The position numbers and the translations under genes are program-made. Shown here piece after piece: positions 1 through 9,226 of a DNA stretch of 25,652 nucleotides (position 1 is its first letter; each line of letters starts with the position of its first letter). The notes below the pieces were generated by a model that had not been told where the DNA came from, searched no databases, and saw only the letters and a program-made list of their open reading frames with translations. The stretch comes from Promethearchaeota archaeon (GTDB lineage: Archaea; Asgardarchaeota; Lokiarchaeia; Sigyniarchaeales; SOKP01), in assembly GCA_048941265.1 (NCBI GenBank), contig JBHLNT010000052.1, positions 1 to 25,652 of the forward strand, in the 5' to 3' direction.

Positions 1-775
1 TGTATATTTTGGTTTTGGTCTTAGTTTCTTATTCATTCAAATAGGAGCATTTAATTTAAAATATTTTGCCTTATTTATGTCAATTTCAGTAACCGTGTTA
101 TCATTCTCATTGATATATTTTATCTATATTTGGGAGAAAAATGTTATTAATTATAAGAAAATTCCAACTTTTTATAGTGTTTTTTTATTTGTTTTTTCAC
201 TTATAAATACGATACTTATATTAGTATTCAGTGAGGCAATATTTACTCTTTTCTCAACACTTTATGTAGTTTTAGCATTTATCCTTATAGTTTTTATCCT
301 TGCTCTAATGATGCATTTTACTTTAAAAGTTATAGGTACTCTACGCATTCGGGCGCTCTCTTGTTTTCTCGCAGTATTATTTATTAATTTAGGAGGTATA
401 ACCGATCATCCACCAGTAATTAATATAGCTCCTAAATTCTTCATGATTTTCAGTCCATTAATCTTAATTAGTAATATTTTTCTATGGTATTATGGTTTGA
501 ATGGAGTTGTTGATGGTATAAGCTCATATTATCATCAAGAAAGGAGATGTATTGTTGATCGAGGGATAATCCCTAAAAATGTTCATATTTTTTATTGTCC
601 AAACTGTTCAGCAATTTATTGCGAAAAATGTTATAAAGAGGTTATAAAAAAAGATGGATGCTGGATTTGTGGTGAAGGATTTGAATCAACCAAAAAAGAA
701 GAATGGCAATCTATAGAAGATAAATCGATAAGTGTTGATATTAAAAACATCCATACAAAAGATCCCAAAGAATGA
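1..775 (+). CDS. Multi-pass membrane protein with C-terminal Cys-rich (RING-like/zinc-binding) domain; 5' partial
   Basis: The frame of the 77..775 ORF stays open back to position 2 (VYFGFGLSFLFIQIGAFNLKYFALFM...), so the gene starts before the window. Several hydrophobic helices are followed by CIVD...CPNC...YCEKC...CWIC. Confidence 0.75.
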   Translation, partial: VYFGFGLSFLFIQIGAFNLKYFALFMSISVTVLSFSLIYFIYIWEKNVINYKKIPTFYSVFLFVFSLINTILILVFSEAIFTLFSTLYVVLAFILIVFILALMMHFTLKVIGTLRIRALSCFLAVLFINLGGITDHPPVINIAPKFFMIFSPLILISNIFLWYYGLNGVVDGISSYYHQERRCIVDRGIIPKNVHIFYCPNCSAIYCEKCYKEVIKKDGCWICGEGFESTKKEEWQSIEDKSISVDIKNIHTKDPKE

Positions 776-930
776 TCATAATAGGAGAAAAAGTAAAAAA
801 TTCAATCGTATAATTAATAATCTATTTTTTCAATTCTACCAAACATTAATAGTTTATCTTTAAAGAATTACAACTTTATCTTTATTAAATAAATAGAAAA
901 TTTAAATTTTCAAAAAAGGAATGAATTATT

Positions 931-2220
931 ATGGAGAATTTAGATGAGATTCTTAACATCGTCGACAATTTGAATCCTGATGTAGTTATGGATATAATGA
1001 CCAAGCTCATTAGGATTGATACTACTATTCCACCAGCTAATACCTATCGAGAATATGTCGATATAATTTCCCCCTTCTTTAAAGAATTAGGGTATACATT
1101 AGAAGAAATAATTGTTCCAGAAGATTTAGTCAAAAAAATTCCGCTTCCTCTTGAAGGACCACGTATAAACCTGGTGGCTACCAAAGATTTTGCTCAAAAA
1201 GAGTATGTTACATTTTACGGACATATGGATGTAGTCCCTGCTCCAATGGATGGAATAGATAAATGGCGTTTTCCCCCTTTTGAAGCAACTATAATTAAAA
1301 GCGGAAAAATTTACGGGCGCGGAACCTCTGATATGAAAGGAGCTATGGTATGCTTAATATTGGCACTTAGAATAATAGAGAAATTAAATCTTACTCCAAA
1401 ATATAATATCAGAATCGTTAATTGCACTGATGAGGAAGTCGGCTACTATCCTGGAGTATGTTATTTGGCCGAAAAAGGTTACTTGAAAGGGATTATCTTT
1501 TGCATGGAAATGGCAATAAATCCGTTTATAATCCACGGTGCCGCCGGAACTTTAGATGTAATCGTTGAAACGATTGGAAAAAGCTGTCATTCCGGGATGA
1601 ATTTTCTCGGTGTAAATGCGCTGGAAGAAATGATTCCCATATTAAATGAACTAATGGAATTGAAAGAAAAGGTTGAAGTTCGTCAAAGTAAGGATATTTT
1701 AGGACTTCCAAGACCCGGTTCAAAAGAAAGCTTTAACATGAGCCCCATGTTCAACTTGGACATTATCAAATCCGGAGAAAAATCTAACATCGTACCTGAC
1801 TCGTGTAGACTGACTATAAACAGAAGAATCATCCCAGATGAAAAATATGAGGATGTGAAACAAGAGATTTTAGAAGCAATCGATCGGGGTAAAGCGAGAA
1901 GTAAGGCCCTTGATGTTAAAACTACCTTCAATTACATGTATCCCGCTTTCAGAATTAATCCCAATTCTCCGCCTATTAATAGGATTAAAAAGGTCATGTC
2001 CTTAATTCAAAATGTACCGGAAAATCAAATTGAAATGTTGGGAATGGCTGCATCGTTAGATATGAGCTTTGTATCCGAAATCTTAAACATTGATGATATT
2101 ATCATACACGGCATAGGAACTCTCGGATCTAATGCCCACGGAGTAAATGAGAATGTTAAATTGAAAGATATGAAAACATACATAAAAGAATTGATTGTAT
2201 TTTTATGTGCTGATTTGTAA
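931..2220 (+). CDS. M20 family metallopeptidase/deacylase (ArgE/DapE-like)
   Basis: Metal-binding motifs GHMDVVP, GRGTSDMKG, DEE, xEM and C-terminal NAHGVNE; dimerisation domain (GKSCHSG...NIVPD...RR). Confidence 0.92.
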   Translation: MENLDEILNIVDNLNPDVVMDIMTKLIRIDTTIPPANTYREYVDIISPFFKELGYTLEEIIVPEDLVKKIPLPLEGPRINLVATKDFAQKEYVTFYGHMDVVPAPMDGIDKWRFPPFEATIIKSGKIYGRGTSDMKGAMVCLILALRIIEKLNLTPKYNIRIVNCTDEEVGYYPGVCYLAEKGYLKGIIFCMEMAINPFIIHGAAGTLDVIVETIGKSCHSGMNFLGVNALEEMIPILNELMELKEKVEVRQSKDILGLPRPGSKESFNMSPMFNLDIIKSGEKSNIVPDSCRLTINRRIIPDEKYEDVKQEILEAIDRGKARSKALDVKTTFNYMYPAFRINPNSPPINRIKKVMSLIQNVPENQIEMLGMAASLDMSFVSEILNIDDIIIHGIGTLGSNAHGVNENVKLKDMKTYIKELIVFLCADL

Positions 2221-2377
2221 AAGAGTAAAAATTCAAATATATTTTTCCATTTTATTTTACTATTTAAACCTTCAAAATCAAAAGCTAATTATTATTAAAA
2301 GGAAAAATAAAAATAAAAAAAAGTATTGAAAAATTTCTTATTCTGATGTTATAATAAATATCTAAGGGGATGTTTAT

Positions 2378-2575
2378 TTATTCTTCTATAATGGTTATTG
2401 CTTCCTCAGGGCATTGCGTTTCACAAGCCCGACATCCAACACAATCTGGTCTGTTGGCCTCGTTAATCTTAACCTTGCCTCCTTCTGGCTCGTCAAAGCA
2501 TTCGCTTGGACATACTTCGTAGCAAGTGCCACATCCGCTGCAGGCATCCATATCAATTTCGATTCCAAATGACAT
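2378..2575 (-). CDS. 2[4Fe-4S] ferredoxin
   Basis: 65 aa, acidic, two CxxCxxCxxxCP motifs (CSGCGTCYEVCP; CVGCRACETQCP). Confidence 0.95.
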   Translation of the reverse strand: MSFGIEIDMDACSGCGTCYEVCPSECFDEPEGGKVKINEANRPDCVGCRACETQCPEEAITIIEE

Positions 2576-2768
2576 GATCTTTTAACTCTTTTTATGTTCT
2601 ATAATTTTTATTTTCTTAAATTAAGATTTATATTAATTCTAAATCTTCTATTTTTAAAAAATTATATAAAAAATTTAAATTTCTTTTTTATTTTGAAAAA
2701 TTAACTTTTATCAACCTATTTCCAAAAATAACAAAAATATTTTAATACAAATTTGTAAGAATACTGCC

Positions 2769-2866
2769 TATAAGATTTATGAAGTGCCCGTCATGAAATC
2801 TTCAATGAAATTAATAGAGATGAAGTTTTTAAAGATGTGATTTACTGGTTAGATTCACATCTTTAA
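2769..2866 (+). pseudogene. C-terminal remnant of an alpha/beta hydrolase (monoacylglycerol lipase/lysophospholipase type)
   Basis: Reads YKIYE, then a 1-nt frameshift at about 2784, then ARHEIFNEINRDEVFKDVIYWLDSHL-stop. This matches the catalytic-His C-terminal motif (Y.g.rHE..nE..r..V..d...WL). No intact upstream ORF. Confidence 0.7.
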
Positions 2867-3098
2867 TATTTATTTTTTAAATCCTCTTGAGAAATTTAAA
2901 TTTAGGTATTTGATTCAAAACGATATACTTGAATTCCTCAAAAAATTTGATTTTTATTATCAAGTTATCTAGTAAAAATGAAATGGTTTTAATTTTAAAA
3001 TAGTTTAAATTTTAATATAAAATGCTATTAATAAAATAGTATTAATCTAATAATAAATAAAATAAAAAACAAAAATTATAAAAATTTAGCTCGAAAGG

Positions 3099-3440
3099 GT
3101 GATTTATATCGCAAAAGATAAGATTATCGGCTTTTTGATTATGGTGGTCGGCGTTATAATCGCTATTGTTTATACTCTTGGATCGGTTGTCGATTTGTAT
3201 ATGGAAACTTTAGGCGGTAAAACAGGTGGTTTCGAGGTTGGATTTATTACTGCTTTATTTGGCGGTATTGACATTTTCAATTGGAGATTGTTTGTTGTGT
3301 TGCCACTCTGGTTGCTTGTGATTTTAATTTGCATTATAGCCATTTGGATTGGGTATAGCATGCTCACAACTCCTGCGCCCGTGCCACTGGAAGAGCTTGA
3401 GGAAGAGTTGGCTGCAGAAGAAGCCGCTGAAAGCGATTAG
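3099..3440 (+). CDS. Small two-TM membrane protein, DPM2/PIG-P-like; start uncertain (GTG 3099 or ATC 3108)
   Basis: Two hydrophobic helices (DKIIG...VYT and VVLPL...IWIGYSMLTT) followed by PAPVP and an acidic tail. Confidence 0.7.
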   Translation: MIYIAKDKIIGFLIMVVGVIIAIVYTLGSVVDLYMETLGGKTGGFEVGFITALFGGIDIFNWRLFVVLPLWLLVILICIIAIWIGYSMLTTPAPVPLEELEEELAAEEAAESD

Positions 3441-3621
3441 AAAATTCGCTAAAACAATTTATTAATTTTTTTTCTTATTTTCCTTTATTTACCCTAAAAC
3501 CCATAAGTTATATAGAGAAGATCTTTTAATCGTAGATTATTATAAATATCAATTATATGTATAATTATTAGCGATCTCGCATCCTTGATTTTCCATGAAA
3601 TAACAAAAAAGGTATATATGC

Positions 3622-4074
3622 ATGATAATAATTAGGAACCTTGAAAAGGAAGATTTAACTTCATTAAAAGTTCTTTTAGATGAATTAAATGATGTCTTAA
3701 AATCCAAACATAAAATTAGTGAAAAAGATATAAATTCAAACTATATAGATATCACCAAATATCCAGAAATTTACTCTAATTATGTTGCCAAAGAAAATGA
3801 CAAAATGATCGGATTCTTATCTATGGTTTTTTATAAAACATTTCTTCATAAAAGAGGTACTGCTTTAATTAATGAATTAATAGTAGCCAAAAGTCATAGA
3901 AATAAAGGAATTGGAAAAGTTTTAATTGAGAAAGCAATTCAATTAGCAAAAAGGAGAGGAATGGATGAAATTGAAGTTGGAACAGAAATATCGAATGTTA
4001 ATGCTCAAAGTTTTTATAAAAAGGTAGGTTTTAATGAAGAGCACGTATTATTAGGAAAAGAATTTGAAATTTAA
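3622..4074 (+). CDS. GNAT family N-acetyltransferase
   Basis: Acetyl-CoA motif LIVAKSHRNKGIGKVLI and C-terminal NxxAxxFYKKVGF. Confidence 0.93.
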   Translation: MIIIRNLEKEDLTSLKVLLDELNDVLKSKHKISEKDINSNYIDITKYPEIYSNYVAKENDKMIGFLSMVFYKTFLHKRGTALINELIVAKSHRNKGIGKVLIEKAIQLAKRRGMDEIEVGTEISNVNAQSFYKKVGFNEEHVLLGKEFEI

Positions 4075-4099
4075 ATAAGCAATTAAATTTAAGATTATT

Positions 4100-5068
4100 A
4101 TGAATGAAACGAAACATAATGAAAATTACGTTCTAATTATCGGTTCGAGTAATATGGACTTAAATATCTATTCTCAGAGGCTCCCTAAACCAGGAGAGAC
4201 GGTCACTGGGGGAATATTTCAGCAATTTTTGGGTGGTAAAGGTGCTAACCAAGCAGTTGCTTCCGTACGGTCAGGTGCGAATACTGTTTTTATAGGAAGA
4301 ATCGGAACTGATGCATTTGGAGATCAGATGGTATCTCGATTAACTTCCGAAGGCATCGATATGAGCCATACTATTAGAGATGCTCAACACGCAAGCGGAG
4401 TAGCATTTATTATGATTGATGAGCATGGTGAGAACATGATAAGTGTGGCACCTGGGGCTAATTTTCATTTAAATAAATCGGATATAACCAAATCATCTAT
4501 TATAATTAAAAATGCAACTTCTTTAGTAGTACAGATGGAAATTCCGATTGATACCATTGAAGAAATATTTAAAATTGCTTCTGAAGGGAATGTAATTAAA
4601 ATCCTAAATCCCGCACCTTTAAAAGTTATTCCCATAAATATTTTAAAAAACATAGATATAATCGTTCCTAATGAAGGTGAATTATATCGATTACATACCC
4701 TCTTTAAGCTCCCTGAGTTAAAATCTGAAGGTAAGAAAAAAATAATCCAAGCCTCTAAATCCATTGCAGATTTAGGAATAAAGTTCGTTATTACTACCTT
4801 AGGAAATAAGGGGTGTTTAATCTACGAAAGAGAAAATGAAAAAATCATTGAAATACCTGCAATTAAAGTACAGGCTATAGATACCGTAGGAGCAGGGGAT
4901 TGTTTTAATGGAGTATTAGCAAGTAAATTATGTAATGGCCAAACCATCGTAAATGCTGTCAAATATGCCACAGCCGCCGCTTCTATAGCTGTAACTAGAA
5001 AAGGAGCCCAAGATTCCATGCCTTATGCCCAAGAAATAGAAGAACAATTTAAAAAATTAAAGCATTAA
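4100..5068 (+). CDS. rbsK: Ribokinase (PfkB family)
   Basis: GSSNMDL...LPKPGET, GGKGANQAVA, GENMISVAPGAN, QMEIP, NPAP, PNEGE, DTVGAGDCFNG, GAQDSMP. Confidence 0.9.
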   Translation: MNETKHNENYVLIIGSSNMDLNIYSQRLPKPGETVTGGIFQQFLGGKGANQAVASVRSGANTVFIGRIGTDAFGDQMVSRLTSEGIDMSHTIRDAQHASGVAFIMIDEHGENMISVAPGANFHLNKSDITKSSIIIKNATSLVVQMEIPIDTIEEIFKIASEGNVIKILNPAPLKVIPINILKNIDIIVPNEGELYRLHTLFKLPELKSEGKKKIIQASKSIADLGIKFVITTLGNKGCLIYERENEKIIEIPAIKVQAIDTVGAGDCFNGVLASKLCNGQTIVNAVKYATAAASIAVTRKGAQDSMPYAQEIEEQFKKLKH

Positions 5069-5087
5069 CTATTTTAAAAGAATCAAT

Positions 5088-5759
5088 ATGATGCTAAAAG
5101 AAATAATTTCCAGTAAAAGAGGAACTTGTCTTAGAAAAAACGGCTCAATTGAATTAAAAATATCCATTAATCATGCTGTCTATAAAGATATCTTTGTAAT
5201 CAATGGTCAGAAGCTTATCACTACAGATTTATCTTCATCGGTATTAAGTATAAAACCAAATGATTATTATATGCTAATAAACAATGGGATTGAAACAATT
5301 GAGGTTAATTATAGTTTAGATATTTCGAAACACAAAATTTTGTATGATCCATATAAATTCGAAAAATTACAAAAAAAAACCTATACCCCTGAATATTTTC
5401 AAAAACTATACAAGATTCCTGAAGATTATATAGATATCTTGCCAAAGTGGTATAGCTTTAAATTTTCTTATAAAGAATATAATATCATATTTATTAAACC
5501 CCAATTAGGCATTTCACTTCAAACTCATAAATATAGAAACGAGTCTTGGGAAATTATAGCTGGAAGACCAATCATAATTAATGGCAATGCTGTGTATTAT
5601 TTTGTTGAGAACAATACTAAGTTTGAAATCCCAAAAAATACCATTCATTCGGTTATTAATCCTAATGTAGACAAATTTGTAATTTTAAAAGAGCAATGGA
5701 GTGGATATTTTGATGAGGAAGATATTAAAAGGCTTTTTAATCCCAATAATTATACCTAA
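5088..5759 (+). CDS. Cupin protein with a C-terminal type II mannose-6-phosphate isomerase-like domain
   Basis: C-terminal half has IKPQLGISLQTHKYRNESW...IPKNTIHSVIN...E..SGYFDEEDIKR, resembling the PMI-II cupin (SLQ.H..R.E.W...H...N...E...G.Y..EDDI.R). N-terminal ~120 aa not recognised. Confidence 0.65.
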   Translation: MMLKEIISSKRGTCLRKNGSIELKISINHAVYKDIFVINGQKLITTDLSSSVLSIKPNDYYMLINNGIETIEVNYSLDISKHKILYDPYKFEKLQKKTYTPEYFQKLYKIPEDYIDILPKWYSFKFSYKEYNIIFIKPQLGISLQTHKYRNESWEIIAGRPIIINGNAVYYFVENNTKFEIPKNTIHSVINPNVDKFVILKEQWSGYFDEEDIKRLFNPNNYT

Positions 5760-5992
5760 GTAAAAAACTCAATCAAATGAAATTCTTCAAAAGAAGCGAT
5801 AAAAATTGCGTTTCTTTTAAACTTTACTTATTCCTTTTTAAATTTTATGCTTTTTACTTCTGTTCTTTGTAAATTTATAACTCTTTTTAATAAAATTAAA
5901 AAATTAAGCAATACTAAAAACCTTACACGTAATAAATAAACCATAAATTATATACTGAAAAAGGAAAACGGAACAAATAGATTGATGAAAAA

Positions 5993-6499
5993 ATGGCTCC
6001 TAATGAAGAATTTGATGAGGAAGAATCAGAGGAATTAGAAGAAGAAGAGATCTCTGAGGAAGAAGAAGAAGAATTAGATACAGAAGCAGAGTTAGATCGC
6101 CTTAGATTTCATTATCGTGGCTATACTCTAGACGAGCTAAAAAAAATGAATATGGATCAATTTATTCAATTACTTCCCGCAAGAGCAAGACGTTCCCTAA
6201 GACGCGGTTTACCACCTCGTCAAAAAAAATTACTAGAGCGATTAAGGAGAGCATATCGAGCAAAAAAAAGAGGAAAAGATCTGCTCACCCGGACTCATGT
6301 GAGAGATATGGTTATTTTCCCAGAAATGGTTGGATTAAAAATTGGAGTTTATAATGGCCTAAAGTTTGAAATTGTTGAGATAAAACCTGAAATGATCGGT
6401 CATTATTTAGGAGAATATTCCTTAACTCGAAAACATGTGCAGCATGGTTCTCCAGGTATCGGAGCCACTAGAAGTTCCAAATATGTTCCATTAAAATAA
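5993..6499 (+). CDS. rps19p: 30S ribosomal protein uS19 (eukaryotic S15-like) with acidic N-terminal extension
   Basis: [64 protein letters not shown]. Confidence 0.97.
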   Translation: MAPNEEFDEEESEELEEEEISEEEEEELDTEAELDRLRFHYRGYTLDELKKMNMDQFIQLLPARARRSLRRGLPPRQKKLLERLRRAYRAKKRGKDLLTRTHVRDMVIFPEMVGLKIGVYNGLKFEIVEIKPEMIGHYLGEYSLTRKHVQHGSPGIGATRSSKYVPLK

Positions 6500-6529
6500 T
6501 TATAAATAAACAGAGAGAGATGAAAATTC

Positions 6530-7009
6530 ATGCCTACATGGGATTACAGTTTTCAAGAACAAAAATATGATACAGATAGAATTGCTAAAGCATCTGGGAG
6601 AGATTTAAGGATCAAACCTAAACACGCAAGAGAAATCTGTGCATGTATCAAGGGAATGAGAGTTGATCAAGCAAAAAGCTTTTTAGAGGATGTGATTCAA
6701 TTAAAAAGATCCGTCCCATTTAGGCGTCATAAAAAGAAACAAGCGCATAGGAAAGATTTAAAGCAATTTAAATGGCCCTCGGGGAGGTACCCTCAAAAAG
6801 CTGCAGCAAGAATTTTCGAGGTTCTTACAGCTGTGGAATCTAATGCCGAGTACAAAGGCTTAGACATAGACTTGTGCCGGATTATTCACGCTGCGACACA
6901 TAGAGGAAGGATTATAAAACGCAATATTGAACGTGCGCATGGAAGTTCTTCAGCAAAATATAAACATCTTTCACATGTAGAACTTGCAATATATGAAGTT
7001 CCTGGATAA
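6530..7009 (+). CDS. rpl22p: 50S ribosomal protein uL22
   Basis: AKASGRDLRIKPKHAREIC, SVPFRR, GRYPQKAA, NAEYKGLD, RAHG; position after uS19. Confidence 0.97.
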   Translation: MPTWDYSFQEQKYDTDRIAKASGRDLRIKPKHAREICACIKGMRVDQAKSFLEDVIQLKRSVPFRRHKKKQAHRKDLKQFKWPSGRYPQKAAARIFEVLTAVESNAEYKGLDIDLCRIIHAATHRGRIIKRNIERAHGSSSAKYKHLSHVELAIYEVPG

Positions 7010-7075
7010 TTTATTTAACGATTAAAATATACTAATATGAATTCAAAAAAAATAATTAAAAAAATTGATTAAAAC

Positions 7076-7855
7076 TTGCCGTTATCGAAGCATTTTATTG
7101 AACAGGGAATAAAATTGATGCAAATTAATGAATATCTGCGCTCAGAACTTGTACGAGCGGGATTTGCTGGAGTTGATTTACAAAAAACACCATTAGGAGT
7201 AAGGATTACGCTTAAAACGAGTCGGCCTGGATTGGTGATCGGAAAAGGTGGTAAACGGATTCAAGAAATAACAGATGTTCTAGAACAGCGATTTGGATTA
7301 GAAATGCCTCAGATTGAAGTAGAAGAAGTGGAGCAACCCGATTTAGATGCTCAAATCATGGCAGAGAGATTAGCTTACAGTTTAGATCGAGGCAGGCATT
7401 ATAGGAGAGCAGGATATTACATTTTAAGAAAAGTAATGGATGCGGGTGCGAAGGGAGTAGAAATTAAAGTCTCAGGAAAGGTAACCTCTCAAAGAGCAAG
7501 AACCCAAATTTTTCGAGCAGGAACAATGACCAAAAGTGGTCAACCCGCTCAAGAAGCAGTAGATAAGGGTGTGGCTCAATGCATACAAAAGAGTGGTGTA
7601 TTGGGAGTGGTGGTTAAAATTATGCGAGCGGATTATAAAACAGGAGATGGAGTTGAAATTAAAGAGGATGCTTTAAAAAAGGCGCAAAAAGATTTAGAGA
7701 TAAAGCTTGGTAAGACGCAAAAAAGATTGGAAATAGAGGAAGAGGTAATAGAAGGGGAAATCGATAAGGAAGTAAAAGATATAATAGATGAAGTAGATGA
7801 AGAGGATGTAGAAGAAATCTCTTTAGAGTCAGAAGAAGAGGAAAAAAAAAAATAA
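7076..7855 (+). CDS. rps3p: 30S ribosomal protein uS3 (TTG start) with acidic C-terminal tail
   Basis: KH domain RPGLVIGKGGKRI; LDAQIMAE; GAKGVEIKVSGK...RART. Confidence 0.97.
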   Translation: MPLSKHFIEQGIKLMQINEYLRSELVRAGFAGVDLQKTPLGVRITLKTSRPGLVIGKGGKRIQEITDVLEQRFGLEMPQIEVEEVEQPDLDAQIMAERLAYSLDRGRHYRRAGYYILRKVMDAGAKGVEIKVSGKVTSQRARTQIFRAGTMTKSGQPAQEAVDKGVAQCIQKSGVLGVVVKIMRADYKTGDGVEIKEDALKKAQKDLEIKLGKTQKRLEIEEEVIEGEIDKEVKDIIDEVDEEDVEEISLESEEEEKKK

Positions 7856-7881
7856 CAAAAAATTTTGAAGAGTGAAAAAAA

Positions 7882-8121
7882 TTGAAAATTATAACTGCTG
7901 AGCAAATCCGACAAATGGATGAGAGAGAAAGGGAAAGGTCATTGGTTGATTTAAGAGAACAATTAATGATGCTTTACTCTACTCAAACAGGTGGTGGAGT
8001 CTCTGATAATCCTGCTAAGGCAAAAATGTTAAGAAAACAAATAGCTAGAATCTTAACAGTAAATCGAGAAGAAGAATTGCTAGTTGAAGAAGAAGGAGAA
8101 GAGTGGTACGAAGAAGAATGA
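7882..8121 (+). CDS. rpl29p: 50S ribosomal protein uL29 (TTG start)
   Basis: IRQM...LVDLREQLM...NPAKAKMLRKQIARILTV; position after uS3; GAGTGA SD upstream. Confidence 0.93.
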   Translation: MKIITAEQIRQMDERERERSLVDLREQLMMLYSTQTGGGVSDNPAKAKMLRKQIARILTVNREEELLVEEEGEEWYEEE

Positions 8122-8432
8122 AAACAAATCCCAGATATTTAAGATATCATGATTTAATTGGTTTTTACGCTTATGCTAAGCTTATTTCAAAAAAAAAAAA
8201 TGAAACATATCAAGATATCGGTATGATAATTGATGATACTAAAAATATGTTAATTACAAAAAAAAATAAAGTTACAAAAAAATATATCAAAAAAGACCAT
8301 ATATTTAGGATTAGACTTCCAAGCGAAAATAATGACGGTAAGGAAGATTTGCTGGAAGTCGAAGGGACTAAGATTATAGGTCGTCCTGAAAATAGATTAA
8401 GAAATTTAAGAAAAAAGAGATGGTTAAGATGA
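8118..8432 (+). CDS. rnp1: Ribonuclease P protein component 1 (Rpp29/POP4)
   Basis: HDLIG...GMIIDDTKNML...IKK...F...VEGTKIIGRPENRL; canonical position between uL29 and uS17. Likely ATG at 8118 overlapping the uL29 stop (ATGA) rather than GTG 8103. Confidence 0.92.
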   Translation: MKTNPRYLRYHDLIGFYAYAKLISKKKNETYQDIGMIIDDTKNMLITKKNKVTKKYIKKDHIFRIRLPSENNDGKEDLLEVEGTKIIGRPENRLRNLRKKRWLR

Positions 8433-8776
8433 GTAGAAATATTGGCGTGCCTGGAGTTAATCCTCCTAAAATAAAAGAATGTAATGATGAGTTTTGTCCT
8501 TTTCATGGGACTACAAGAATTAGAGGAAAAATTACTCAGGGCATTGTAGTCTCTAAAAAATCTCGAAATACTGTTATAATTAGACGTGATTATCTTCAAT
8601 TTGTTAAAAAATATCAAAGATATGAAAGGCGTAATTCACGACTTCCATGTCATTTACCTGAATGTTTAAAATCAGAAATAAATATTGGAGATTTAGTACG
8701 CATCGGTGAGAGCCGAAAGATCTCAAAAACAAAAGCTTTTATCGTTTTAGATAAAGTACTCGGAGGAGAGAGCTAA
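8429..8776 (+). CDS. rps17p: 30S ribosomal protein uS17
   Basis: RNIG...CNDEFCPFHG...RG...KYQRYERR...GDLVRIGESRKISKTK. Likely ATG 8429 overlapping the rnp1 stop. Confidence 0.96.
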   Translation: MSRNIGVPGVNPPKIKECNDEFCPFHGTTRIRGKITQGIVVSKKSRNTVIIRRDYLQFVKKYQRYERRNSRLPCHLPECLKSEINIGDLVRIGESRKISKTKAFIVLDKVLGGES

Positions 8777-9202
8777 ATGGGAACAAGAAGGAAAACAGGC
8801 AGAAAAACAATGGCCAAGCCGCGGACAAGCGCTGGATTATGTAATGGTTCAAGAGTTCTTATCACCGATAATTCTGGAGCTAAAATTGCACAAATCATAA
8901 ATGTAGATCATAGTAAGACCCGTTTAAGAAGATTACCTAAAGCTTCCGTAGGTGATGTGTGTACGGTTACAATTAAGAAAGGACGACCCGAACTTAGAGG
9001 AAATATCTTAAAATGCGTAATTGTGCGACAAAAAATGATATTCAGAAGAAAAGATGGTACACGGTTATGCTTTGAGGATAATGCTGGAGTTTTAGTATCC
9101 AAAGAAGGAGATCCAAGAGGAACTGAAATTAGAGGTCCGATTGCAAGGGAGGCAGCCGAGCAATTTCCAAGATTGGCTTCCATCTCATCTTTAATAATAT
9201 AA
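8777..9202 (+). CDS. rpl14p: 50S ribosomal protein uL14
   Basis: DNSGAK, RLRRLPKASVGD, KKGRPELR, VIVRQK, FEDNAGVLV, GTEIRGPIAREAA. Confidence 0.97.
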   Translation: MGTRRKTGRKTMAKPRTSAGLCNGSRVLITDNSGAKIAQIINVDHSKTRLRRLPKASVGDVCTVTIKKGRPELRGNILKCVIVRQKMIFRRKDGTRLCFEDNAGVLVSKEGDPRGTEIRGPIAREAAEQFPRLASISSLII

Positions 9203-9226
9203 GAAAATTGTGAAAAAGTGAATTAA

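Noticed and set aside
773-781. UGA stop of the first ORF as a possible Sec codon
   Set aside because: It is followed by TCA TAA, is not in a redox motif, and no SECIS-like hairpin is visible downstream.
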